DNA of 64,000 bases from the human T2T-CHM13v2.0 reference genome, Homo sapiens (GCF_009914755.1 NC_060926.1); one strand, 5' to 3'; shown: positions 40,278 through 56,114, numbered from the stretch's first letter. Notes: generated by a model from the letters alone, not told the origin. Numbers and translations: made by a program.

Positions 40278-40383
40278 CGATGTCCAGGATCCGGTCCCCT
40301 GGCCGACTCCACCGCCAGCCCTCCAGCTGCTGGTGCTCCGTATACTGCAGCCGGCGGTCATGGAAGACCACACGGATGATGCT
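40278..40383 (-). CDS. TFCP2L1: TFCP2L1 exon 4 (106 nt): [35 protein letters not shown]
   Basis: Inside ORF 40129..40473; acceptor cccag|AGC, donor G|gtgagt; frame continuous with exons 3 and 5. Confidence 0.97.
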
Positions 40384-40866
40384 CTGGGGAGGGAGGCCAG
40401 CAGGGAAACAAGTGACCGCGGGGGGCCAAGAGGAACCCACCTCTTTTCCCTGAGCCACAGTAAACCCTCCCACCTTTGAGGCCCCTCCCCCTGGGGCTTC
40501 CTTTCCCAGTTCTCAAGCTTTGCCCACTGTCCCCTCCTCAGATTCCAGTAACACTAACAACAGCAACAACCGTGATGACTACCATTTGTCCCAGTATTAC
40601 TAAGTGCTTTACGTTATTAACCCTTTTGTGCAGATGAGCAAACTGCAGCTCAGAAAAGTTCAACGCTGCCAGCCCATCTAATCCCCACCTGGGCAACAGG
40701 CTCCAGAGAAGCCAAACAGGGGCTGCGTCTCACCGTTGAGGGCTGAGCTGAACCCGGCCTCTCCCTAACCTTCCAGCTACCCGTGCCCAACCCCAGCAAG
40801 CCCAGGTGCCCAGACCCTAATCAAGCCCCTCTCCCCGAGGCAATGAGAACAGCCTGTGAGGCTTAC

Positions 40867-40943
40867 CTTGACATATTTTGTGTTCAGATCTTGAAAGTCT
40901 CCCAGCTTCCGATTCTCCAGTAGTCGGATTTCATAAGACTGAC
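40867..40943 (-). CDS. TFCP2L1: TFCP2L1 coding exon 3 (77 nt), CP2 DNA-binding domain: (G)QSYEIRLLENRKLGDFQDLNTKYVK
   Basis: Minus-strand translation matches the CP2/LSF-family sequence; acceptor ccag|GT CAG TCT, donor AAG|gtaagc. Confidence 0.96.
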
Positions 40944-41642
40944 CTGGATGGGGGTTAAAAGGACATTTTCCATTTCTGAGTATTTCTAAATTTGGGGTTC
41001 ATTCAGCTAGCAGCCTTCTCAACACCCTCAGTGCCCATCCAGGCCTCAAGGCCCTGGGGAGCAAAGCAGAGAAGAAAACCCACGACCAGCTCAGCTCACT
41101 CTCTGGACTGACATCAGTCTGTCCACCCCGCCAGGTCGGGCCTAGGATACCCCAGACAACACACCGTGTGACCCTACTAGAGATAGCACCTCTACAATGT
41201 TCAAATAAACAGAATCCAGGAAAATACAGTTAGCATTAAAATCACTGAACACAAACTCATACATCTTTACAAACCCCCCAATACAACGGGATGGAGAACA
41301 CAGCTACTTAAGTTCACATTACAGGGTAAATAACCAACCACACCCTTCCTGAGAGCAGGTTTGAAGGAACGAAGAAGCCTGTTAAACATTGTCTCTAATG
41401 GCAGAATGCAAAGCATGTTCCCCAGTTAAAAGAATTCCATGTATTTGAAAGGGTATGGAAATTATATTCAGGGACATATAACTAGCACAGGCTGGTCAAA
41501 GAATATAAATGGAAAAAACATCCATCCATAACAACAGAACATTTAAAAGCATCTATGAAACCTGAAGGAAATGACACGCATTTTATTGAAATATAAAATA
41601 TACCATGAATAAATAGGATACACCATGTTCCCAGAAGACTGT

Positions 41643-41683
<41 letters not shown>

Positions 41684-41702
41684 GTATGTGTATATATATA
41701 TA
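41643..41702. repeat. Compound (TA)n/(CA)n microsatellite
   Basis: Read directly from the sequence. Confidence 0.9.
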
Positions 41703-41905
41703 ATCTCAAATGATGATATCTCAAATGATGCCAATTTTCCCAAAATGTATCTCAAAAAATATATATATATAACTCAAATGATGCCAATTTTCCCAAAATT
41801 AAATACTGAACTACAATTTTACAAGACTGTAGCATATATCGCAATTTAATAAAGGGTGTTTTACAAATAATAAAATAAATCATTTAATAATTGGTATTGG
41901 CATAT

Positions 41906-42201
41906 CTTTTTTTTTTTTTTTGAGACGGAGTCTCACTCTGTTGCCCAGGCTGGAGTGCAGTGGCACGATCTTGGCTCACTGCAACCTCCGCCTTGTGGGT
42001 TCAAGTGATTCTCCTGCCTCAGCCTCCTGAGTAGCTGAGATTACAGGCGCCTGCCACCACGCCCAGCTAATTTTTGTATTTTTAGTAGAGACAGGGTTTC
42101 ACCATGTTAGCCAGGCTGGTCTCAAACTCCTGACCTCGTGATTCATCCACCTTGGCCTCCCAAAGTGCTGGGATTACAGGCGTGAGCCACCATGCCTGGC
42201 C
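41906..42201 (-). mobile_element. AluS
   Basis: Reverse Alu; TSD gtattggyatatct. Confidence 0.94.
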
Positions 42202-42278
42202 AGTATTGGTATATCTAATTAGCTTTTTAATTTTTTTATTTTTAATAATTATAGACTCTTAAGAAGTTACAAAAATAT

Positions 42279-42575
<297 letters not shown>

Positions 42576-43303
42576 TTAAAGTCCTGTGTACCTTGTGCCA
42601 GCATCCCCCACGGTGGCATCTGATGGAACCATGGTACATTATCAAAACTACAGACCTTACTTCGATTTCTCTGGGTTTTGCATGTTCCCTCTCTCTTTTT
42701 CTGTAGGCTTGTATGTGTATAATCTATGAAATATAATCACATTTGGAGACTAGCTATTTATTTCAGAGTGCAGATCCTCACAGCAAATATCAAAACAAGT
42801 TATCATTGGATTAAAAAGTCAATTTCTTGTGGAGGAACAGGGAAGATGTTGATCAAAGGATACAAATTTCCATTAGACAGGAGGAATAACTTCAAGAGAT
42901 CTATTGTACAACATGGTGACTATTGTTAGTAACAATTCATTGTATTCTAGAAAATTGCTGACAGGCTATTTCAAGTGCTCCCTCTACAAAAAAATAATAA
43001 ATGAGGTAATGCCTATGTTACTTAGCTAGATTCAACCAATGTACAATGGATACGTATATCAAAACATCATGTTGCACATGATAAATACAATTCTCATTAG
43101 TCAATGTTTTTAAAAGTCACTTTCTTAAGGTTTTATTTTAACATGAATGACTATCAGATACTCAATAAGGAAGAACTTTCTGAACCTAAAACCAATGGAA
43201 AGGACATCTGGCTATATAAAATTTAAAATTACTTCTATGTATGAATGTAAAAACACTTAATACAAACTGCAGACTAGGAAGAGCAAACCCAGTGGCTACG
43301 GGC

Positions 43304-43656
<353 letters not shown>

Positions 43657-43693
43657 TAGCTCAAAAAGCAATTGATTAGTACCAAGACACTCC

Positions 43694-44133
43694 TGTAGTG
43701 GGTTGAATGGTGGTCCCCAAAAAGATATGTCACATCCTAATCCCCGGAACCTGGAAATGTGACCTTATATTTGGAATAGTAGTCTTAGCAGACACAATTA
43801 AGATTCTGAGACAAGGAAGTCACCCTGTATTATCTGGGTTGGCCCTCAATCCAAGTGTGCTTATGAGAAACACAAGAGACAGAAAAGAGAGGAGGCACCA
43901 TGTGACCACAGAGGCAGAGACTGCTGTGACAGGGTCACGAGTCAAGGAAGCCTGGGGCCACCAAAGCTCAAAGGTGTGAAGTCTCCCCAAGATCCCCCAG
44001 GAGCATAACCCTGCCGAATTTCCGACTGCTAATCTCCAGAACCGTGAGAGAATCATTTTTTGTTTTAAGTTAATGCATCTATAATTAACACGTTTGTAGC
44101 AACTTGTTACAGCAGCCACAGAAAACAAATACA
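43694..44133 (+). mobile_element. MLT1B/C-like solo LTR
   Basis: tgtagtgggttgaatggtggtcccc...gtgaccttatatttggaa...cagccacagaaaacaaataca. Confidence 0.85.
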
Positions 44134-45697
44134 CTCCCACCCTCACCAAAGAATAATGGAATGGACAAAGAATATGAAATTAAATCATTCATTCCAAATG
44201 TTTGTTCACACCTATCATCCCCGTGCTTTGGGAGGCTGAGGAAGGCTGGTCTCCAACTCCAACCTGGGCAACACAGCGAGCTGCTGTCTCTATAAAAATA
44301 ACAATAAAAAGTTTGCTGAGCAACAATTTGATGCCAAATGCGGTGGGTGGGAATCCTAGGAACAGAGAGGCCAGCAGAGCCACACGGCACCATGTTCCTG
44401 GAGTTGTCACCACAGCTCCCCACCGGCCATGACACTGGCCGAGCACAGCCATGCCCACTGGGTCAGACTCCGTCTCAGCCATTAGGAAGGTCTCTGGTCA
44501 CATGCCAGTGAACACTTCTTGACCATGCCAAACCCCAGTGCTGCTCATGGTGACGCGCTGGACGCCTTTCCCATCAGAGGGAAGAGGAGCAAACCCCAAA
44601 CTCTCATCCTGCCCACTTGCCTGTTCAGGAGATGTGACGCCTAAAAAGGTCTTGCTTCCCTATTCAACATGGCTGACTTTCTGAAAAAGCCAGATTGCAT
44701 ACATTTCCAGGCTCCTGAACCAAGAGTCCAACACTCCCTTGATATCAACATAAAACATGCCTCACACACCCTAACTGGTTTTTCCAATGTCCTCTGCCTT
44801 CACAGATAAAGAATGCTGACAGCGGCCCTAGCATGAGGCCCAATGTCCAGGTGGTCATTAAGTGAGTTTACGGGTGCCACAGGGCCCAGTTATAGCACTG
44901 ACCCCAGGCTCTGCAGGGCAACCTCAGCTCACGCCAAACAGCAAGCACCTCCTGTCCTGTAGAGAGCAACTTCCAGGCCTGAACATAAGGGGCAGCCCTT
45001 GAACAAAGGGTAAAGCCATTGAGTGAGGCGTTAGGCCCAGGATCACAGCTTCTCCTGGGCCAGGGATCACGGCTGCAGGAGCCTTCTCCATCAGCAGCAG
45101 GGTCCTGATCCACACACTTCACCACCAAATCCTCCTTTCTAGCCATGCAGATGGACATCCAGCCACCCTCTGCATGCCTACCCCCGTGCCAACACAGTGG
45201 GCCCAAGGTGACCTCCCACCCAACTCACACAGCAGCACAACAGCACCATCCCAAAAGCCACGCAGAAGGCCACCACCCACAGTCACATACAGGCTGACGA
45301 GCGAGGTCACACAGGCTGAACTGACCTAGGGCACAAGGGCATTTCTCTGCCTGGCCGACATCACTGCTGGGCGTGGGTGGAAGCCAGGACAGCGGGCTAT
45401 GAGAAGGCGCGGGTCGTGTCTGTTCTGCTCATCACTGCGCTGTCTGCACACAGTAGGTACTCAGCAAATGCATCCATGGGATTTCACCTTCTTTACAGTG
45501 CTATAGTGCTGTTCTCTGTTAGAATTACAGGGTTTGCCAAAGTTAAGACACATTCTTGCCCTCAAAGGGTTGACAATCCTCTGGAGTACATCAAACAGTC
45601 CTGGAAGAGCCGTACTATAATGTTTAAAATTTCTGTAAGAGACAAAGGAGGCCCAAAAGTGAGCAATAGGTATCCAGGACGAGGCGGGGAGTGTGAG

Positions 45698-45713
45698 ACA
45701 GGTTCGAACCAGG
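45698..45713. promoter_or_regulatory. Candidate CP2-family (TFCP2L1/TFCP2) binding site
   Basis: aCAGG-ttcgaa-CCAGg fits CNRG-N6-CNRG, with a palindromic ggttcgaacc core. Confidence 0.45.
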
Positions 45714-45797
45714 GGATGAGAAAACATGTGACATGGGCTTTGAAGAGTGGGCAGGATTTCTGTAATTCAGGGGAAGAATGATAAAGAAATCCCAAAG

Positions 45798-46112
45798 CCA
45801 GCCAGGTGTGGTGGCTTACACCTGTAATCCCAGCAAGGGATTTTTGGCCTTTGGGAGGCCAAGGCAGATGGATTGCCTGAGGTCAGGAGTTCGAGACCAG
45901 CATGGCCAACATGGCGAAACCCTGTCTCTACTAAAAACACAAAAATTAGCCGGGCGTGGTGGCGCATGCTTGTAATCGCAGCTATTCTACTCAGGAGGCT
46001 GGGGCAAGAGAGTTGCTTGTATCTGCAAGGCAGAGGTTGAAGTGAGCCAAGATCATGCCACTGCGCTCCAGCCTGGGGGAGAGAGCGAGACTCCGTTTCA
46101 AAAAAAAAAAAA
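45798..46112 (+). mobile_element. AluS
   Basis: Full Alu with a small insertion; TSD aagaaatccc..aaagc. Confidence 0.92.
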
Positions 46113-46904
46113 AGGAAGAAATCCCCCAAAGCAAAGCACAGCCAGGCAGAGGGGGAGGAGTGCCTCTAGGGAACAGCTGCAAACAGCTCCATTCACAGGG
46201 TGCTTATCTGTGGCAAAGCCCACTCAAGTAGTCACTCACCTGGCTCTCCAGATGAGTGGCACTAGCAGTTAGGATCACCTGCCCTCCTGGATGGGGGAAG
46301 CAGAGGCTCAGAGAGGTTACCTGACAGGGGCAAGCTCACATAGCTCATAAGTGGCAGAGCCCATGGCAGAATCTCAGTCAGTTTCCAGAACCCACCACAC
46401 TTGCCACATCCCACCCAGTGGGTGTCACGTGCTGGGCACAAGACAGCTGTAGTTGTCCATGATCCTCTCTCAACCTCTCCTTTCTGGAAGGCATCTGCTT
46501 CCATTCTGCACACAGATTAAAGTGTGCCGAATGTTGTACAGCGTAACTCCCCAAGTTAAGGCTTCTGTTTGTTTCCTACGTTCTTAACAATGATCCAGGA
46601 GGGAAAACAAATCATTATAGAAGGTGGTGGTAAAGCCTGTTCTAATTTAGGAATTGTAAAATGTGGGGGGGAGGGGGTGAGAGGGAGCTGGTCTTAGAAT
46701 CAAGGAAATAGGCTAAAAATAACCAAAACTGAATTGTCACGTAGCCATGTGCCAGTACACTGCAAGCCCTGTATGTACGTCATTTCACTTAGTCCACTCG
46801 ATAATCCTGTAAGAAAAGTCTATTGTTTCCCTATGTTATAAACGAGGAAATTAAGTTCCAGAGAGGTGAAGTGTCCTGTTAAAGATCAAACCTGGTCTGT
46901 CTGA

Positions 46905-47341
<437 letters not shown>

Positions 47342-47792
47342 TGAACTTCTTGATACTCATTTTATTTCAGGACCTTCTTCTACACATCTAAACCCTCCCG
47401 CTTCTCCTAAGGTTCAAATCCCTACTGCCCCATGCCCTCAGCTCTCTGAACCAAGATGGACCTAGAACTCTCATGAATGTGTAACCATGCCGTGGCATAA
47501 AATTTGATATTCGTTTCCTTGCGATACACTAGTCCCCCTGAAACACATGTTGCCATACTCTGAACATACTGTAAAGTCATGGCACACTAAAGCCATGTGG
47601 TTTTGGCACGGGGAGAAACAGAACAATAGGAAAGAACGAGGAGCCCAGACGAGACTTTTATTTGGAAACTTGATACACGACACTATAAATGACGATGGGT
47701 CCATCTTTTCTCAATAGTGTGGGATAACTGGTTATCCATATGGAAAAATTAATCCTGACCACTTAATAAATATAATCAATTCTAGGTGGGCA

Positions 47793-48188
47793 GGCCGGGC
47801 ACAGTGGTTCACACCTATAATCCCAGCACTTTGGGAGGCCGAGGTGGGAGATCACCTGAAGCCAGGAGTTCGAAACCATCCTGGCCAACATGGTGACACC
47901 CCGTCTCTACTAAAAATACAAAAATTAGCCGGGCATGGTGGTGGGCGCCTGTAGTCCCAGGTACTCGGGAAGCTGAGGCAGGAGAATTGCTTGAACCAGG
48001 AGGCGGAGGTTGCAGTGAGGCAAGATGGCGTCATTGCACTCCAGCTGGGGCGACAAGAGCGAAACTCCATCTCAAAAACAAAAACAAACAAAAATACAAA
48101 AAATTACCCGGGCGTGGTGGTGGGTGCCTGTAATCCCAGCTACTCAGGAGGCCGAGGCAGGAGAACCGCTTGAACCCGGGAGGCAGAG
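47793..48188 (+). mobile_element. AluS followed by a truncated extra right arm
   Basis: Full Alu to ~48090, then linker and partial right arm ending abruptly at ~48188. Confidence 0.9.
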
Positions 48189-50246
48189 CATAGGTTGTTG
48201 GAGGGTTGAAGGTGCACCCAGCAGAGACTGGCATACAGGAGGTCCTGCAACGGCCCCAGGAAACCTCTGGGTCCAGTAAGAGCTTCAGCAGGAGGTAGAA
48301 CCATACCGGGCAGGAGTGCCTGGAAAGGCTTCAAGGCAACTCCCTCCAAAGTCCTGGCCCAACCCTACACTGTCAGGCTGTTAAAGGCCATTTAAAAGCT
48401 AGCAGGGAAGGAGCCCAGATTACTTTGTGATGAAAACTTGTGAGCAAGTAGCTGCCAGCCCAGCCCAGAGGAGCCAAGGTGACCTTGGGAGTGGCAGGGG
48501 CTGGGGAGGCACAGTGACAGGCTCCACTCACCACCCACCCCCACCTCAGGCTGAGCTGAGGCCCCCTCCTGCCTCCCCTACAGCTATAGCCCGAGGGTAT
48601 CCAGGCAGTACTGTCCCTCCCGGGGGAGGGGTGGGGCTCCTCAGCTGGATTTAGGCTGCCACACCCCACCACCCTACAAGAAGGATGGCCTGGTTCCTGC
48701 CCAAGGGCCCTGAGCCACACAAACGGGTGTGGAAACTTCTTACCCCAATCTTAACAGCTGTGCTTAGGCTCTGCCCCCTTGCCCCTCCTGCCCTCCACCC
48801 ACCTGAAGAGCAGCAGGGGGCAGGGGGGAGGCCAGATAAAATACACAAGTGCTCAACTAAACTTTGTGCTCTCCCTCTTCCCACCTGCACCCCACATGTC
48901 CAACACCTCCAGCCCAAGCATCAGCAAACCTTCCCTGTGAAGGGCTGCATAGCAAGTATCTTCAGCTTTGTAGGACATAAGACCGCCCACACTATTCAAC
49001 TCTGCCACTGCAGCCAGGAAGCGGTCACACACCACACAGGAATGAATGGGCAGCGCTGTAATTCATTCAAACACTGAACTTGGAATTTTCATATAATTTT
49101 TCTTCTTCCTGTGGACTTCCTTCCTTCCTCCCAACTGCTTTCGGCGCTTTGCAACTTTGCCCACCCCTCCCTCCTTGAATGAGGGGCTAAGTCACAGCCC
49201 CTCAATGGACAACGGAAAGCTCTGAGAACCGGCCCGCCACCAGTTCACCCGAACCAGGTCACCCCTACCCCCAGCACCATGGACAATACTGGTATGTCGT
49301 CGGTTTTTAATTAACAGTGGCAGAATTTGGTGTTAAATTCTTTACAGCAAATAACAGAGCTGGAACTTGTCAGCCAAACCCTGAAGAACACGAAAAGATG
49401 CTCCACCTCACTCATGTAAAGAAATGCCAAATGAAAACAATGCAGCCACTGCCTGATCACCTGTCAGATGGCAAAAAACTAACAGATTGCTGGCATCCCA
49501 CAAGGACAGCGATGTGGGGAAATGGGCCCTCGCCTCACACATGCTGGAGCTGGGAGATAACAAGCCACAGCCTATGGGGCACTTTGGTAATACCCATCAA
49601 TATTAATAAGCGCCCAGCCACCCCATCACCAGGACTCCAGTCTATAGAGCTGCCAGCTTAGGCGCTAAAAAATCTGCCCAAGGCTGGCTATTCAAAGCAG
49701 CAGTACTGCTACAGCCCCAAACTGGAAATGAACAAAATGGTCAGCAATCACGTTACTACTAAACCTTGGGGCCACCACAGAGGAAGAGGCGCACAGCTTC
49801 ACCCAGTGGTGCTGTTAGCATGTCCACCTCCTGCGTGGACCACTGAGGACGCTGCATCACCTACTTCTTGTCCCTGCCCAAAAGGCACCACCTGAATCTC
49901 AACATGAGGAAACACAAGCAAACCCAAACAGAGAGACCATCTACAACCTCCTGGCCTGCACCTTCAGAAGCATCGACATCATGAAAAATGAGGGGAGACT
50001 GAAGATCTGTCCAGATTCAAGCGGGGTCAGGAGTGGGACAACTGAACACAACATCCAGTCCTGAACTGGGTCTGGATCAAGGCAAAAACCTGCTACGGGA
50101 CATCAGAACAATTGGCCCTATTTTAATAGGAATAGATGATAGGTGAGGGTATTATATTGATGTTAAATTCCCCAATTTGATAATGTACTTGTGGTTATAT
50201 AAAAGAATGTCCTTGTTCTTAGGAAATACATGCTAAAGTATGACTA

Positions 50247-50592
<346 letters not shown>

Positions 50593-53328
50593 AGATCATG
50601 TTGTCTGCAACTAACTCTCAAAATATTCAGCGAGGAAAAAATATATATAATAGAGATATCCATATCAATAGCTATCCCTATCTATACATCCCTTTATAGA
50701 GCTATAGATATATATACATCTATAGATAGTTACACATAAATGCACATAGGTGCATCTATATAGATAAAGCAAGTGTGGCAAAACATTTAAAAACTGGTGA
50801 ATCTGATGGAGGATATACATACTAACCATAATAACTTTTTAATTCTTCCATAGTTTGAAATTGAAAATTACTTTGAATTAGAAGTTAAAAAATAATTTTA
50901 AAATTAAGATTACAAAAAGGCTTAGGCAGACCTAGATCTGTTATAGATGTAAAAAGCCATCCACCATACACACACATGAAAAAGCAAGTTGCTGAGTATG
51001 TACACAGTGTGACTGCACTTTTGTTTTAAAATAAGTTATACTCAAACCCACATATTTGTAAGTCTAATATATACATCTAACAATGGGCAGAGAAGGACTT
51101 TTCCCTGTTAAATTAGATATATCTTCAGTATTGGCCTGAAAAAAAACAACTAGGGATATATTGCATCTGAATTTGAAAAATACAAAACAAAGAAAAGAGG
51201 GGAAAGTCCTCCACACTGTTCCAAGTACATAATGGATGCTCACAATACAGCGATTGGTATTTATTTTCCCAGTGTCAGGCTGGTACCCAAAGGCCAATCA
51301 GACAGGTGGTATTTGGGGAAGGGAGTCCAGTTCATAGAGCAGGAAACACATGCAGACCATGTAAGACAGGCAGAAGCCCCATCAACCCAGGGTCTCATTG
51401 AGAGATCACCCTGAAGAACCCACAGTACACTAGGACCGTGCCCATTTCAGAGATGAAGAAACTAAGGCCCAGAGAGGTGCTGACCTGCCCAAGGTCACAG
51501 TGCAAGTTAATGGCAAAGACTAAGTAGCCTACAGCCTGGCCCAGGAGAAGAGGGGAAAGGGAGCTGGGGTCAGGTCAGATACACCACCGGGGTTGACTCA
51601 GACCCTTGACACTCCAGGACCACAGCTGAGTTCTTAAATCTCTCAGCATTTCACTCTCAACATCTGCAAAATGTTCTTTGCAGAAGTCTTGTGAGGATTA
51701 AATGAGATAATGTACTTCCCGCCCACACGTATTAATAGTAAGTACTCAGCAAGGGCCAGCCAAATAACAGGTATCGTATGCGCCCTCCTACGGAGCCCTA
51801 CCCATGCACAGGTCACTGTATTCCGTGCTGCACACAGAAACTGTCCTCCAGCCCTCACACAGCTCCACACACCAAGTGACCTAACTGCCAAGGTCACAGA
51901 GCCAGGAGAAAGCCCAGCTGGGATACACCCCCAGGCAGGGATAACTCCACCAGGCCATCCACTGTCTTCCAGGATCTGCTGCTGCAACCACAGCACTGCC
52001 CAGAGCAGGCTGCCCCTCTCCCAGTGGGCCTCCCCTGGGTCGTGCCCACCAGGTGCTCCTGCAGAGCAGCATGGAAAGCCAGAGTGGCTGTGCCCCAGTG
52101 AGCAGAACCCAGCACAGGGCCTCCTGCCTGGATCACAGTGTTCCCAAGAGCAGGAGGCAATTGCCCGAGCTAGCCAAGATTTACAGGTTGTTTACTTTCC
52201 TACAGTTACTGGTTTGGGTAATTAATGCCACATAAAACATAATGGAGGCCATCATTACCAGTGAGAAAGGAGGGCTGGATGCCAACTGTCTGGTAATAAC
52301 GGTAGATGCAGAAAGCACAATCCTGAACTCATCGTGCCCAGCACACACGGCTGACCTTGTCTCTTGCACATGTGCAATACTAGGCAAGTGTCTGTTGACA
52401 CAGAGCGCTCACACAGAAGAAGATGGTATGCTTCAGGGAAAAGGCTTTGCCAGCAACACACCCTAATCCTGAGCCTGATGGACTATCACCTGCATGACCT
52501 TGGGCAGGGCATTTGACCTTCTTTTTGCAGCTGCTTATGAATGCCACAGGCTAGGCATCATGTCTGGCGTAAGATGAATCCAAGTAAACACTTGGAAGAT
52601 AGTTACTGGGGGCTTCTTAGAGAAAGGACTGTTTACAGAGCTGGGGCAGGCAGAATACAAGATGAGACTTAAGCATCTGTAGTGCCAAAAGGTGAGGAAA
52701 TGCTCAAAAAAGAATGAAGCCATGTCAGAGCAACACAAGCACCAACCCAAAGGAGCTCTCGATGGCCACAGCTGAACAATGTAAACAACACAATAAACAG
52801 CAAAATGATTTCAGTTTTACCCACAGAATAAAATAACTATCCATGAGTCTATACTGATATAGTAAGTGAATAAATAAGTTAATGGTAGAGAAGGAAAAAC
52901 TCTTTTATAGTAGCATTCCAATTACAGAAGAAAATCAACAGAAAATCACCATTAGGCAACCATTACAATAATAACTGGTGTGGACACAGTCCAACAACGG
53001 ATGCTAAAATAAGTGGGCAAAGATTGAGAGGGAAAAAGCAAACGGTAAACAGTCTCCAAGTCATATCCTCCACCCCAAGATTATTTATCAATTACAAAGG
53101 AGGAGAGGTAATTTTACAGTGGAGAAACCTGGCAGACACTACCCTAACTAAATCAGCAAGGTGAACAGCACCAGCAAAAGACGTATCAGCACCATGATCC
53201 CCAATGCACTGCTGGGGATACGATGTCACTTCAGTAGTAGTCTTGCCAAAAATGTATAAGCCCAATCTCATCATTTAAAAAACATCAAGCAGACTCAAAT
53301 TGAGGAGCATTCTACAAAATCAAGCTTT

Positions 53329-53788
53329 TGGCCAGGCATGGTGGCTCATGCCTGCAATCCCAACACTTTGGAAGGCCAAGGCAGGAGGACTGTTTGAGCT
53401 CTGGAATTGAGAGCAGCCTGAGCAACACAGAGAGACCTCGTCTCTTATTTATTAAAAATGATAATAACAAAATAATAATAGGCCAGCCACAGTGGCTCTT
53501 GCCTGTAATCCCAGCACTTTGGGAGGCCGAAGCAGGTGGATCACGAGGTCAGGAGTTTGAGACCAACCTGCCCAACATGGTGAAACCCTGTCTCTACTAA
53601 AAATACTAAAATTAGCCGGGCGTGGTGGCGGGCGCCTGTAACCCTAGCTACTCGGGAGGCTGAGGCAGGAGAATGGCTTGAACCCGGGAGGCGAGGCTGC
53701 AGTGAGCCAAGATTGCACCACTGCACTCCAGCCTGGGTGACAGAGTGAGACTCCGTCTCAAAAAAATAAAACAAAATAAAATAATAAT
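53329..53788 (+). mobile_element. Alu monomer plus AluS, inside an L1MC-like sequence
   Basis: Alu consensus at 53329-~53480 and 53481-53788. Confidence 0.9.
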
Positions 53789-54184
53789 AAAGCTCTTTAA
53801 GTCTGAGGGTCCCGGAAGACAAGGAAAGACAAAAGGACTGTCACAGATCGATGAAGACTCAGGAGACATGGCAACTCCCCTGCAGCGTGGGATCCGGGAA
53901 CAACGGACAGTAGTGGGAGAACTGGTAAAATGCACACAAAGACTGTAGCAGACAACAGAATTCTATCAGTGTCAGTTCCTGGTTTCAGTAATTGTACCAC
54001 TGTTATGTAATAGGTTAACATTATGGGAAACTGAGGACAGGGTACCCAGAAGTCTCACTACTATCTTTGACACCTTTATGTCTAAATTTATTTCCTCCTC
54101 CACAAAATACACTGGGTCTCCATATGAACATCGACATGCTCATAAGTACCTGGACACTTAATAACCATTTTTTAAATTGTTTGA

Positions 54185-54531
<347 letters not shown>

Positions 54532-56114
54532 CTTTTCTATTTTATTTTATACTTTGTTATTGCTGGTACATAGGAATTCACCAGTTTTGCTAGTTGAATT
54601 TGTATCCATAGTAGATGAACAATATGAAACTGTAGATAACTGACTGATTTTGATTTACAAAATGGCAAGTGCATATGGTTTAACCTAATATAACGGTTCT
54701 TGAAGACGCACAAGCAAAAAGCCGAAAGAAAAATGAGCAATGGATATCAACTGTCTGTTTTTGGCAAAAAAAAAAAAAAAAAAAAAAGGGCATACAAACA
54801 CATGAAGATGCTTAATTTCACTTGTAACAGTTACGAGAAATCAGACAAATACAAATCAAAATAAGGTGCTGCTATTCTCCATGCAAATTAGAAAGGATTC
54901 AAAATGTTGACAATGCCAAGTGTGGAGACAGGTGTCCTCTTGTACAAGAGGTAGGGATATAAACAGGTACTATCTCTTTGGAAGGTGATTTGACAAGGCC
55001 TACAGAAATCCTAAACACATATATCACTGCCATTTGTGTGTGTGTGTTTACGACAAGGCCAGATAAGCATCTTTGCTTGTTTATGCATGAAAATATACTG
55101 GAGCCAGGGATAACATCAGCTGCCTCTGAGGAGGGGCACTGGGTGCCTGGGGCAGAGGTGGGTGACTTACCATAATCCCTTTTACCACTTAAATTCTGAA
55201 CCAAGTAAATGCATTAACTTGCCAAAAAATAAATTTTGAAAACATGAAGAAAAAAGAAAAAAAGCCTGCCCTGTAAGTTAGTAGGATAAAGGACAGTAAA
55301 GAGTAGAAAAACCAAATCTCCAAAGATAAGGGCAGAATCATGACTCACTCAGGCACCTCTGCTCCAAGCCCTGCCACCTACATAGGCTTGGGGCTCAGGA
55401 GGGGGAACCCGTGTGCCGGGCTGAGAGTGGTCGCATGGCCACATCAATTGACCCCAGGTCTCGAAGGCAGGGCCCAGCCCACCCAGCCACTGGCTTTCCA
55501 CTTGCTCATATCCAACCCCCACCACCTACCTGCTCCAGGCAGTCCCATTTTGTGTCCCAGCCTCTGGTGAGAAGGCCTTTCTGGAGCAGTCTCTACTAAG
55601 GCAACACAGCCTGCTTCTCTCTCATACCCAGGGTATCTAAGGACCCTCTCTGAGACTGCTCCTCTATTCCCAGCCTCTGGCTGCAGAGTGGAAATGGGGA
55701 AGGCGGGGACAGCCAGGGTCAGTTACACCAGGCCCACCTCTTGGGCCACGGGCCACCTTGGTCCAAGTGAGCAGGTGACCAAGCCAGACTCGCAGTCCCC
55801 TCCTGGGAGTGCAGAATCAGGAGGGGAATGAGAGCACCTGTCTCTCTAGGCAGCTGAGGCCGTGTGCTCTCAGGAGGCTTTGGTGGCCTTGCTGTCTGCT
55901 ATCTGGCCACCAGGGCAGGGATGCTGGTGGGCAGAGCTTGCAGAAGGCAGATGCCCAGAGAGGAACCGACTGAAGAGTCAAAGAATGCTCCCCAACATTT
56001 GAGCCCCTGGTTCCCGTGCGCTTCGGGGGCCCAGCTTTGGGACACTCTGCTTTATGAGGCTGGCAGATGGCTGCCAGTCTGTTACCCATACCCTCTCCAT
56101 CATAAAGACAGACA

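Noticed and set aside
54881-54888. Octamer ATGCAAAT (also ~7319 and ~13373)
   Set aside because: These lie in L1/MST-derived sequence where the motif is common, and I saw no adjacent SOX half-site.
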